In this document: one piece after another, positions 16,901 through 19,895 of the stretch
How positions within the stretch are numbered: the first letter of the stretch is position 1
How the letters are laid out: each line of letters starts with the position of its first letter
Assembly: GCA_000830275.1 (NCBI GenBank)
Contig: CP010424.1
Location: forward strand, 870,001-902,000
DNA: 32,000 nucleotides
DNA from: an archaeon GW2011_AR10
GTDB taxonomy: Archaea; Iainarchaeota; Iainarchaeia; Iainarchaeales; GW2011-AR10
Reading direction: 5' to 3'
Translations under genes and position numbers: made by a program
The notes under the pieces: model-generated
What the model was told of the DNA's origin: nothing
The model's database searches: none
What the model saw: the letters and a program-made list of their open reading frames with translations, nothing else

Positions 16901-18320
16901 CTGGGGCAAGGCCTAGATTGGCGTTAGGAACAGGCACAGATTTGTTGGAATCGATTGTGATTGTTTTGCTTATGCCGCTAAAACCATACCTGTATTCCAG
17001 GTCAAACCCTTCGGCAAAAACATCTGAATATTTTACCCTGTTTCCGGTGACCGAGTCGGTTCCCTTATTGGAGCCTGCGCTCCCAATGAGCTGGGTGTTT
17101 CCATTGCCAGAGTAAAGCAGTTCTGAAGCGCTGAACGCGAGGGAAAAATCCCCTTTCTCGACCCTCACTGTATCTTCCTGCGTGAAGTCATCCTTCCAGT
17201 AAACTTTCAAATCGGATTCCTCAACCTCGTAATCATAATTTGATCTTGCCTGGAGCTTTTGCGCAACGCCTGCAGCGATTCCCTGCCTTGCAGCTTCAGC
17301 AAGCTTTTTTGCGCTGTCAAGTGGCCTTATCTGCCTGTCAATTCTTTTAAAAGCGCCGTTCTCATCAACGTAATTCACTCTCTCAATGTGGATGTAGGCA
17401 AGCCTTTGGTCTGCGTCAAGGCAGTAAATGTTTGCGTTCTCTTGCCTTTCGCATGGCTGCTCGTTTGGCCTCTCAATTTCCTCAAAAGTGTTGAGGTCAA
17501 ACCGCAAAGCATTAACATCAACCGGCCCTGGAACAGCTCTGGAAGGCAAAGTGTAGGTTACCTCAATGGATGGCTTCTGGAGGCTTGGAACAATTGCGGC
17601 AGAAGAGTAAAAGCGGAACAGTGCTTGGTCTTCATCCGCCCCAATCAAACCAATTGAAAAGTAGTCTTGGTTTAATTGCTGTTGCAGGTCAGCTGCTGCT
17701 TGTGCCCCAAGAATAACGACATGGTTGCCTGCAATAGTTCCCTGCAGGCCTTCAGCGTATTTCGGGAAAGAAGAAATGTTTTCAAACAATTGCTGCGAAT
17801 TGTAAGCATTGGTTATCTGCCTGCCGCTAAAGGACGTTACGCTCCACGTCTGGAAACCGAAGTCAGCAGAGTAAGGTGTTTCAACGAAAAGGTTGAGCTT
17901 TACCTGCGAAACATTTGCATCATCAGGAATCTGCGAAGTGTCAAAGTCAAGGAAACCTCTGTAAAAAACATCAGTGCTTCTTGCTGTTTCCCCACCAAGC
18001 TGAATGAACTCTGAGGAAACTTTTAGGTAAAGGGTTCTGCCGTTCCATCGCACAAAGCCATCATACTTTGGTGAAATTGTGCCAGCATCAAAGAATGCCT
18101 GCTGCCCGAATTTTGGCGGAACAAACAGTTTTGTGGTGTAAGAGCCGTCAGCGTTTTTTATTGTTTTGGAAAAACTTGCTGCTGTTTGCTCCTGCGTAAA
18201 AACAGCGGAAAAAAGTGCAAAAACCGCCAGAAGAGCAATTACGGATAGGAAAAAATTTCTTGAAAAAATTTTCTTTGTTCCCCACTCAAAACTGCGCATG
18301 CGCTTCCCTAACCCCTTCAA
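1905..18320 (-). CDS. Giant (5,471 aa) secreted multidomain surface or adhesin-like protein
   Basis: A single uninterrupted 16.4-kb ORF. The N-terminus has a basic region followed by a hydrophobic helix (NFFLSVIALLAVFALFSAVF). Recognisable modules are LamG/ConA-like lectin domains, FN3-like, CBM4_9-like, Ig-like modules ending ..D.(A/T)GN.., Cys-rich CGxGxC repeats and CARDB-like domains. The longest ORF starts at TTG 18320; ATG at 18299 (MRSFEWGTKK..) is an equally plausible start. Confidence 0.95.
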   Translation of the reverse strand: MKGLGKRMRSFEWGTKKIFSRNFFLSVIALLAVFALFSAVFTQEQTAASFSKTIKNADGSYTTKLFVPPKFGQQAFFDAGTISPKYDGFVRWNGRTLYLKVSSEFIQLGGETARSTDVFYRGFLDFDTSQIPDDANVSQVKLNLFVETPYSADFGFQTWSVTSFSGRQITNAYNSQQLFENISSFPKYAEGLQGTIAGNHVVILGAQAAADLQQQLNQDYFSIGLIGADEDQALFRFYSSAAIVPSLQKPSIEVTYTLPSRAVPGPVDVNALRFDLNTFEEIERPNEQPCERQENANIYCLDADQRLAYIHIERVNYVDENGAFKRIDRQIRPLDSAKKLAEAARQGIAAGVAQKLQARSNYDYEVEESDLKVYWKDDFTQEDTVRVEKGDFSLAFSASELLYSGNGNTQLIGSAGSNKGTDSVTGNRVKYSDVFAEGFDLEYRYGFSGISKTITIDSNKSVPVPNANLGLAPVLQLKEKLNLPNNLLLYVDGKPYKGSTITTSQQLTLNDASSGSPELYIPVAIAYASDAASDFDAEGKPTNNNSFINLTYTIEKQGSSIFLYTSVPYAWLTNENRVYPIAIDPIVNITTAASANDGYIDYNPDDITYSCNNNLNTVSAGYSSLFNPSVRRSFLKFSTSSIPDAAPILGVSLKLTGGLILNSGNPTIEARRLGTSNVDCAGTASTVYSNIGSGTLYMSTTGWNEAIGDTATVSLGSTAATDLDNQLPSDYFNIGLKAVAANEVSPASRWGWYSYDQNSQVAPTLVVNYDVTGAPAALSSLDANNLLHRNSRFGGAKVTWADATGEQGYIVYRSANNSIGPFTNASGTLAANTTSFDEIGLLDNTTYYYKVSTIGVLADTNSSVDANVTTDRSGPSLPQNFVVSSTAGASAHADLNWTASDDNSAANSYFGSNLIGYWRLDEESGSTAYDSSGSGNDGTLYYNASFTKGRIGNAITLDGVGDNIRITSSSAYNFDRTDSYTLSAWYKGTANGAALVSKMDSNPSYKGYDMFLQGGYVEAHLLDTEITNGIKEHGTLYKVNDNKWHHIAVTYNGSSAASGLKIYVDGLEETTVIDYNTLTLSPTTANARFSIGARSYCTDVACIEHQEIAGTIDEVMVFNTVLSATSIKNLYNIGTVKYALEKSTDSGSSFTPINGDSADFNGTTLPSDWTVTDTGSGSVTQSGMLNIIGTGTWGETAFTYNTALARAAGVTFEGDFNASDPTATYAMVGFKDNGAGVGFVDGVHAIFFSASGGGGIIHIYEDNNPRIPGGSWNGTTIYRWKIVLKDQGAYYYINDKLVYNSDYSTESNLKPYVTHTSVAIANYDNFKIIVPIDTNTFADTAATDGANPNTPTGLTVNNPATSSLNVSWTAPSDNGTDYNYLINAFDSYGNSFDVNSTDIQGYWKFEDGLGTTAYDSSLNGRDGNVEAGVVWTENGGLGSGAYVFNGTDIIRAGDINQALTDFSASLWVYWNDPSVTLKRPISNRDSTANNYGWEIRTNPANNVQLLLDFGTPAIASQASGIDANRWYHVAFTADRDGFQRLYVNGVLRDSDSIAIYDGNSLRSTNQPFQIGGIFGNGSHVGKIDDVAVWNRVLTAAEVEQIYRSGNYNYATVTSGLKQYLLDCESGGSCSSGANDGSDLDNVLAGTPTTITGLSPGTQYCFTVLSTDNADNNSTVSSQVCGTTAIDGPVLSADANTLFALGSNLGGVVLSWTNVAGEDGFKIERKVAGSSYFQIFATAADVLAFNDNNVGDNNSLVYRVRAFTGASNGPYSNDAAIIVPDRNSSVPAALTATGDASNNRVNLTFTSNEFGDYVGSETASATTGWCYGVTFAPATETGWNQDYWFTITNAIVGRYTSDFNYLSSISNTSFYTGLAYYGNADSTNNVFFSQDWTTLDVNKWIVSSNGATWTSCSGASPPASCGGAWTGKLLTDGECLGIATDGNYLYCNADLSGYTGTTSGSRSNVVTRYKINQTSITAAGYFKVADGNYGEGLEYSNGYLYAGIGSDITANTKIAVIDVTSWPAGTGEWDEAPYLVKTIDVSGQVADIEGIGGNKSNYIYAFNCSATTVYKYKLFDYFAAERSPNNGTTFDPVGSGDFNDFSGTTLPSNWTVTDTGAGSISATAGKLFGRGSGIFGETGITYNTALARISGTTFEGDFNSSAQVQVWAGFTDNSGAVNVLDGVHVINFINTQAQIYEDAILRSTVSSAIDINKNYHWKIVLKAKGAKYFINDVLLFDSNYSTEGDLKPYIGFFDSDLSTFDNIKVTVPVRTNSFSDTAATDTALPSAVTISSIGADSASQLTVNYGTATDAGTDYNFVVSSLDDFGNESNLVKNPGFENGTTGWTNITNGVIDLDSSTGGYSLSSGNGTDDYAFVQQNLSTISGTLGRTFRICVDLKKSDDDASRKVLIYVYTGEGSDSGWMNFGLPVPTSSWAKYCFTNVIVDQGGPGTNAITSIVFYRYLAASWGTSDTVYIDNVHFEEVKGATTTTGLHATQPYNVSGTGTGAGWGAASPRAVTGLSTNTQYCYTVQSKDAASNSSAASASSCKYTLAAVPSAPTVGNAQPTSLDVTINVNGNPAATEFAIQCSSANCSGNPWVQANGSLGASEIWQTNANWGTKTVTGLSGHTQYCFKVKSRNGDNTETALSSETCSSSVNSAPTIAVTAPNNTGISISQVNGDYNIVFEVQDAQDDDLNAQIWYSTSAGGKQNSLVSSLNLVTGACGQDPNFTTTKACSWLWNTTGINGTFYIDVNVWDSYAGDDIDSSDNSFEVDNTAPTVTLQGPSDTSTTNDVDPDFTAAPSETVSNCYLQVDDASNFLSQFSDLNGLDVGADCDYGGTEYTTNFSNGTTIYWRMKATDDTGNVGSYGTAFSFTVDTSGPDISIADLNGDTAAAYWDSTNDSGTDLNINGAEAGVTCKWDTTSKAYYDLLSNNCNAASGNFIRCDFGAITQTASATRYYACKDSLDNNTTVQSVSFGVDWTVPTTSDDSSTAIAAPTYTVTLTEADNVSNSTDTTSYYCKDTNNSCTPTTSIDNGGTASFDASNRGLNYLRYYSVDAAGNTQSTASKTININQLPGFTSATADIGNSNPTIKGGTSITITTVASDADATQTLKLVICKSTGVSGTDCDGGAPDTYCSSTGSASNPSCGWTAESDDTTHNWYAYIFNSLNEPAPGNYKTGSYTTDSTAPTVTLQTPADASSTNDVDPDFTANPSETVSNCYLQVDDASNFLSQFSDLNGLDVGADCDYGGTEYTTNFSNGTTIYWRMKATDSVGNVGSYGTAFSFTVDTSGPDISIADLNGDTAAAYWDSTNDSGTDLVINNGEAGVTCKWDTANVAYASLASNCTTTSQAATCDFGALTQAASYTRYYACADSLGNATSTQSVSFGVDWTVPTTSDDSSTAIAAPNYSVTITEADNVSAAAAITTSFCSYTANNCTPSTVIDNGGQVTFSDSNRGVNYLRYSSTDAAGNVQSTASKTININRLPVLTAADENVSGTIKCPADIKFTSTASDADSQTLKFYACKATDATSSGCSVGNGLCSDTSSSSNPTCQYSKAGDNDSHNWYVFLFDSLNEAAAANYISGSFTCDATAPGSFSIVSIEGDTTAPYADTINDSDANLLFTASDAGSTVSACRWYATDVNYSVGTGTACSFNSGTSQWRCDFTGISTNGQAINRYVSCVDGVGNGNSSANNLDVSFTTSWNAAPSITSIDLNVSSASLNKDIKVTAAGLTDPDNDNLNFYCSDTPPFDSGAQIAGAASFCSRTGISSAGYAGANCVGQGLNTEGTATVKCVAYDGEFYSGVVSDTYINENVAPFTQSDINKFWQKTDANVHFTCSTGTSAFTSVLIYTQAHWTTTPPSGVTINFNSAQLEVINSNVQLKSGIRDANLTITVNAGSSVNWSGYDYYAQKYPFEGKDIFVKYRTSSNGSSWGSWSSETTSFNSPIGTENQYIQFNVRFQDRSTASGSFYTMSLYDFKIHYSPPGGSGCPSGATRFRLDSNPASTISFNPTTYATDGFYTGTAGVDFNVFDVNFLFSKDGNFAIQFYSVSGAGNNEIPKTEYVLQEASIQPVTLSACPSVVDGTNIDLQWTAPSSNAGLHHYEIMVSVDGTNYNTLNEQNNADDNYFNYSYTSYAFDTTSFYSSYGFTGNCGDGWCTQGEFCPEDSFDCPKGYSCSNGCQATSGSVSITCGDSVCSVGENCAADDSACDARYNTSGAYWCVNGCVQKTEGYYAQGGSSSPDSSICGNGICNFGETSTNCAADCSQANIPTSDGFCEWFEAAGIDCVCNSNGTCNYNENPQSCSADCQSFASGSGSGCYVDGWCSGTETVSTCPQDCDGVVGSTCDNDGVCESTEDNTSCKNDCLKCGDNFCGQGEFCSYDNAACRASSTSGNGNYGNNYVCGNPETSQTGCRQVTSVTIVCGDSICSPGENCPDTLENQFCKQKFGSSFVCINGCVDAPSSDYLTGSSKFGADSGSTDGVYFYKVRTYDALGNYADSTAIQCFVDTQSPFKVPTDGRGINQQISSAWGDFNFTFPSGLFGADNNITIDANTNYRPFTRGTMLEAYDIELPSSTSFGATKPSLTLDINVAALNCYNALGSAPLYGCTASDINKVSMYFYDTNAGEWVKYPSTVNLTTLKVTADLNHLSQWGLGQDTNAPSLSSIAITDTSGYTNDSTPTLTISAGSDASHMAFSCNNSTFGSWIAFVSTYSSFDITTGAGCSTGDGTKTVYVKVKDSEGNESSTVNDSTVYDSTAPTVTISSPTSGSDTTSSSITVQYTGSDGTGSGVKTYWLRLDSGATINNSTNTSYVFSGYSNGNHTIYVWATDNLDYNGSEASVTFRKTGGGGGPVCGNGSCEAGENKNNCPSDCAPAGPVCGNASCETGEDCSTCSADCGVCPPADVCGDGQCTGSETTSTCPADCSLPIQTCAEQNGFICSAFETCSGTLLSATDSDACCSIPCESVPDLTISASASSVINDGSTGLVVVTVYNNAGETDASFTVKLKEKGTGPDKYSESKTVNGLGAGDAVSLVFNIAFNSSNPQMSGWLYQTKEFVLTADDSGAVAESNESNNETQVSIYFAGPEICNNNADDDGDGLVDEGCNLPNLYIKSIEIGSPTYVGTDLISVEFTVIVKSDYAKSEDFYVEFFKDALSGNGVAVTFIDAVSKDGELTLQFVWEAPIGTVFRLAEKEEGIAAYFQEATNFYVFVDSEGDISEVNEADNVEEIFIELLLSDLTLENVDIPSSVFSGENIMVSGMVKNPGDNASTPFTLSLYFNNELVDSGQFEALAIDSNAAFIFSVDSAAFEGENEVRVVVDPLDEVPESNESNNEILSITYVVDPALFYSYDEFLQNEPLWVSIWNSTASGQNNTYKYSVAGANLSVLQLISLSEFREDEVLLTSKLSSNLSSLSTNNLRIDRNNSLYSVHEFDVIERGLVPAYGQVNDVGVKWWTEPSFIRRMHYERINSLSLIWWTIWTENQ
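2335..3450 (-). other. Three CARDB-like domains with an interposed CNNNADDDGDGLVDEGC motif
   Basis: Each unit ends with the CARDB-type motif: DDSGAVAESNESNNE, DSEGDISEVNEADNV, DPLDEVPESNESNNE. The acidic CxxxxDDDGDGLVDEGC segment at about 3040..3095 resembles MopE/TSP3-like metal-binding repeats. Confidence 0.7.
3455..3815 (-). repeat. Cys-rich repeat array 2 plus a C-x4-GF[IL]C...CC-x3-C motif
   Basis: VCGNGSCEAGENKNNCPSDC, VCGNASCETGEDCSTCSADCGVC and VCGDGQCTGSETTSTCPADC, followed by TCAEQNGFICSAFETCSGTLLSATDSDACCSIPC. Confidence 0.8.
4965..5905 (-). repeat. Cys-rich repeat array 1 (CG[DN]GxCxxGExxxxCxxDC-type units)
   Basis: NCGDGWCTQGEFCPEDSFDCP.., TCGDSVCSVGENCAADDSACD.., ICGNGICNFGETSTNCAADCS.., CYVDGWCSGTETVSTCPQDCD.., TCDNDGVCESTEDNTSCKNDC.., KCGDNFCGQGEFCSYDNAAC.., VCGDSICSPGENCPD.. 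Confidence 0.8.
7565..10004 (-). repeat. Tandem in-frame duplication of a 411-aa (1,233-nt) multi-Ig-like unit inside the giant gene
   Basis: Unit 1 is 8772..10004 and unit 2 is about 7565..8771. Both begin APTVTLQ (agc at 10002-10004 and 8769-8771). The core 8401..8760 vs 9634..9993 is nearly identical at nt level, including a 113-nt exact run from 8401/9634. The flanks have diverged. Confidence 0.9.
10875..11340 (-). other. CBM4_9-like carbohydrate-binding module of the giant protein
   Basis: The N-terminal NLVKNPGFENGTTGWTN and C-terminal VYIDNVHFEEV resemble the NPGFE.G...W ... D.v.l pattern of CBM_4_9 jelly-roll modules. Confidence 0.55.
11481..12065 (-). repeat. About 195-aa lectin-like module, copy A2 (paralogous to 14293..14880)
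   Basis: FDPVGSGDFNDFSGTTLPSNWTVTDTGAGS...TYNTALARISGTTFEGDFN...YHWKIVLKAKGAKYFINDVLLFDSNYSTEGDLKPY...NIKVTVPVRTNSFSDTAATD. Confidence 0.8.
13500..14130 (-). other. LamG / concanavalin-A-like lectin domain 2 of the giant protein
   Basis: IQGYWKFEDGLGTTAYDSSLNGRDGNV...FSASLWVYW...RWYHVAFTADRDGFQRLYVNG...GKIDDVAVWNRVLTAAEVEQIY follows the same pattern as domain 1. Confidence 0.75.
14293..14880 (-). repeat. About 195-aa lectin-like module, copy A1 (paralogous to 11481..12065)
   Basis: FTPINGDSADFNGTTLPSDWTVTDTGSGS...TYNTALARAAGVTFEGDFN...YRWKIVLKDQGAYYYINDKLVYNSDYSTESNLKPY...NFKIIVPIDTNTFADTAATD. It aligns in frame with copy A2 at a 2,820-nt offset. The shared nt string tatcggttac lies at 14801 vs 11981. 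Confidence 0.8.
14925..15590 (-). other. LamG / concanavalin-A-like lectin domain 1 of the giant protein
   Basis: LIGYWRLDEESGSTAYDSSGSGNDG...WHHIAVTYNG...LKIYVDG...IDEVMVFNTVLSATSIKNLY matches the Laminin_G_3-type pattern (GYW.lDE..G....D.SG.GN.G ... W.hva.ty ... lyvDG ... iDev.i.n.aLs..ei..ly). Confidence 0.75.
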
Positions 18321-18355
18321 AGCAAGCCGGCAAAAAGGCTCAGAACACTTGAAGC

Positions 18356-18388
18356 TTTAAATACTTCAAATAATAGTAATTTATACTT
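18356..18388 (-). promoter_or_regulatory. TATA-like boxes upstream of the giant gene
   Basis: On the minus strand, TATTTAAA (rc of 18356..18363) and TATAAATT (rc of 18378..18385) lie in the AT-rich divergent intergenic region, about 40-65 nt upstream of the candidate starts. Confidence 0.35.
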
Positions 18389-18456
18389 AATAAACATTAC
18401 GCCGAGAAACTAATTGAATGATTATTAGTTTGCGCATTTTCAGTATTCCGGCTAAT

Positions 18457-18464
18457 CTTTAAAT
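18457..18464 (+). promoter_or_regulatory. TATA-like box for the DUF2283 gene (implies a leaderless or near-leaderless mRNA)
   Basis: CTTTAAAT is centred about 25 nt upstream of ATG 18486. Confidence 0.4.
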
Positions 18465-18485
18465 GGTCTTTGCAGCATATGTTCA

Positions 18486-18707
18486 ATGCATATGGAGATA
18501 AACTACGATAAAGAAGCAGATGCAATGTACATTGAATTCCAAAAGGGCGGATTTTCAAAAAACAAAAAAATAGATGATTTCACAGTTATTGATTTGGATG
18601 AAACCGGAAACCTTTTAGGAATTGAATTGCTCAATGTCAGTAAAAGAATCCCCGCAAAATCGCTTTCAGAAGTTAACGTCAAAAACTTGTTTGCAGTAGC
18701 AAAATAG
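18486..18707 (+). CDS. DUF2283-family small protein
   Basis: INYDKEADAMYIEF......VIDLDETGNLLGIELLNVSKR matches the DUF2283 pattern (YD.eaDalYi ... D.d.dG.lvGiEil.as). Confidence 0.85.
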   Translation: MHMEINYDKEADAMYIEFQKGGFSKNKKIDDFTVIDLDETGNLLGIELLNVSKRIPAKSLSEVNVKNLFAVAK

Positions 18708-18992
18708 GGTTAATGAAGAATTTTACAAGAAACTTTTGACAACAAATTCCGTGAAATTCTAGGCAAACGCGGAAAAGGAAAAAATTTCTGAAAAAAACGA
18801 GAAAATTATGTAGGGAGCATAGAAAAAACAAAGAAACCAGTATACATAAAAATTTTGTTTCCCTAATTTCAGGAAACATTAGTATAAGCTAATTATACAT
18901 AACGCTATTTTTTGCTAAGCGAACGCGCAAACAGCAGTGTAAGTGTAGAGCTGAGACAGGATTAGGTGCTACAGTGCAGATTCAATGGCTTA

Positions 18993-19094
18993 TCAAGAAC
19001 CACTGAATAAATTTGGCGACCGGATAATTCTTGACAGTAGCAATTCCTATTAAACCACTGTTTCAAAACAGCGGAATTGCATGATTTAAAAATG
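18993..19094 (+). repeat. Conserved structured intergenic element, copy 1 (candidate ncRNA or cis-regulatory element)
   Basis: P1 is TCAAGAA 18993-18999 paired with TTCTTGA 19028-19034. TTCTTGACAGTAGCAATTCC at 19028-19047 is identical to 27990-28009. P2 is GCAATT/AATTGC and P3 is CCACTGTT/AACAGCGG. The 3' block GGAATTGCATGATTTAAAAAT lies at 19073-19093. Confidence 0.5.
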
Positions 19095-19096
19095 CC

Positions 19097-19109
19097 TTTT
19101 TCTTTTTTT
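19097..19109 (+). terminator. Oligo-T tract (TTTTTCTTTTTTT) directly after element copy 1
   Basis: Archaeal terminators are oligo-T runs. This tract follows the P2/P3 hairpins and sits 18 nt before the PIN start codon. Confidence 0.3.
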
Positions 19110-19126
19110 CCCAGCTAATTTGTGTT

Positions 19127-19627
19127 ATGGCTGAAGAATTTTTGAGGGTTTTACTTGACACTAACATTTATGGCCTTATTTGTGAGCTTTCTGACGCCCG
19201 CAAGACAGTTTTTCAGATTGCAGAGCATTCAACTGTTTGCGGTTCAAGGGTTGTAAGGCAGGAACTGCGAAACATTCCAAAGAAAGTCATTCGTGGGAGG
19301 GCCAAGCTTAGAAATCAGGCCTTGGAGTTTTATGATGTCCTTGTGGCTGAAAAGAGAAACTATTCCGTGACTGATTTTGTAAGGGTTCTTGCCCTAGAAT
19401 ATAATTCAATGTATAAAGGGTCAAAGTCTTGGAGTGAGCTTGAAAACGATTTTCTGATTGTTGCAACGGCCTCAATTCACAGCATTAACGTAGTTGTGAG
19501 CAATGACGAGAGGACAATGACTTCAAAAGAAGCGGTTGAAGCTTATTACTTTGCGAACCAAAAATTTGAACTGAAAACACCGGACTTCATAAAGTTTGAA
19601 GAGTACAAAAAAATGGTTTTTAAGTAG
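19127..19627 (+). CDS. PIN-domain-like ribonuclease (VapC-like fold)
   Basis: Acidic residues sit in PIN order: VLLDTNIY (D11), RQELRN (E46), NDFLIVATASIHSINVVVSNDE (D108, D127). No adjacent upstream protein antitoxin ORF was seen. Confidence 0.65.
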   Translation: MAEEFLRVLLDTNIYGLICELSDARKTVFQIAEHSTVCGSRVVRQELRNIPKKVIRGRAKLRNQALEFYDVLVAEKRNYSVTDFVRVLALEYNSMYKGSKSWSELENDFLIVATASIHSINVVVSNDERTMTSKEAVEAYYFANQKFELKTPDFIKFEEYKKMVFK

Positions 19628-19772
19628 TTTCTTTAATGAATTGCTTGACGGCTTTCCTAAAATCAGGGTCTTTTTGGTTTTTCTCCAGTCTCCTGCAGGC
19701 AGCTTCGAGCCTCTCAAAATCCCTCTTGGAGTAAGGTTTTTCTTCTTCCACTACAACGCTTTTTTGCCTCAT
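19620..19772 (-). CDS. Hypothetical 50-aa protein, below the ORF-track size cutoff, convergent with the PIN gene and overlapping it by 8 nt
   Basis: Hand translation gives MRQKSVVVEEEKPYSKRDFERLEAACRRLEKNQKDPDFRKAVKQFIKETT, with the stop at 19620..19622. The composition is charged and helical. A TATA-like TTTTTAAATA (rc of 19795..19804) lies about 28 nt upstream of the ATG. Confidence 0.35.
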   Translation of the reverse strand: MRQKSVVVEEEKPYSKRDFERLEAACRRLEKNQKDPDFRKAVKQFIKETT

Positions 19773-19895
19773 AACATAATTGCTGGGCCAGAACTATTTA
19801 AAAATATGGTTTTGGCATTTTTAACAAGGCTTTACTTCATTGAGTGGTTAACAGCAAATATTCGTGCAACCAACAAAAAAAGCTAAAAAAGGAAT

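Noticed and set aside
18733-18750. A possible fourth, degenerate copy of the element's 5' block (CTTTTGACAACAAATTCC)
   Set aside because: The match is only partial, and no complementary 3' strand or P1/P3 stems are present nearby. This is not distinguishable from chance by eye.
18679-18879. A 66-aa minus-strand ORF in the DUF2283-PIN spacer
   Set aside because: Its Phe/Leu-rich translation comes from A/T-rich DNA. It overlaps the 3' end of the DUF2283 gene and has no start context or motif.
19030-19035. TTGACA in every element copy read as a bacterial -35 box
   Set aside because: No properly spaced -10 hexamer follows. The pilin signal peptides and TATA-box spacing indicate an archaeon.
19040-19080. 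Resemblance of CCACTGTTTC and GGAATTGC words to archaeal origin-recognition (mini-ORB) boxes
   Set aside because: The order of the half-sites does not match the ORB consensus. There is no orc1/cdc6 gene, and no AT-rich unwinding element flanked by inverted ORBs.
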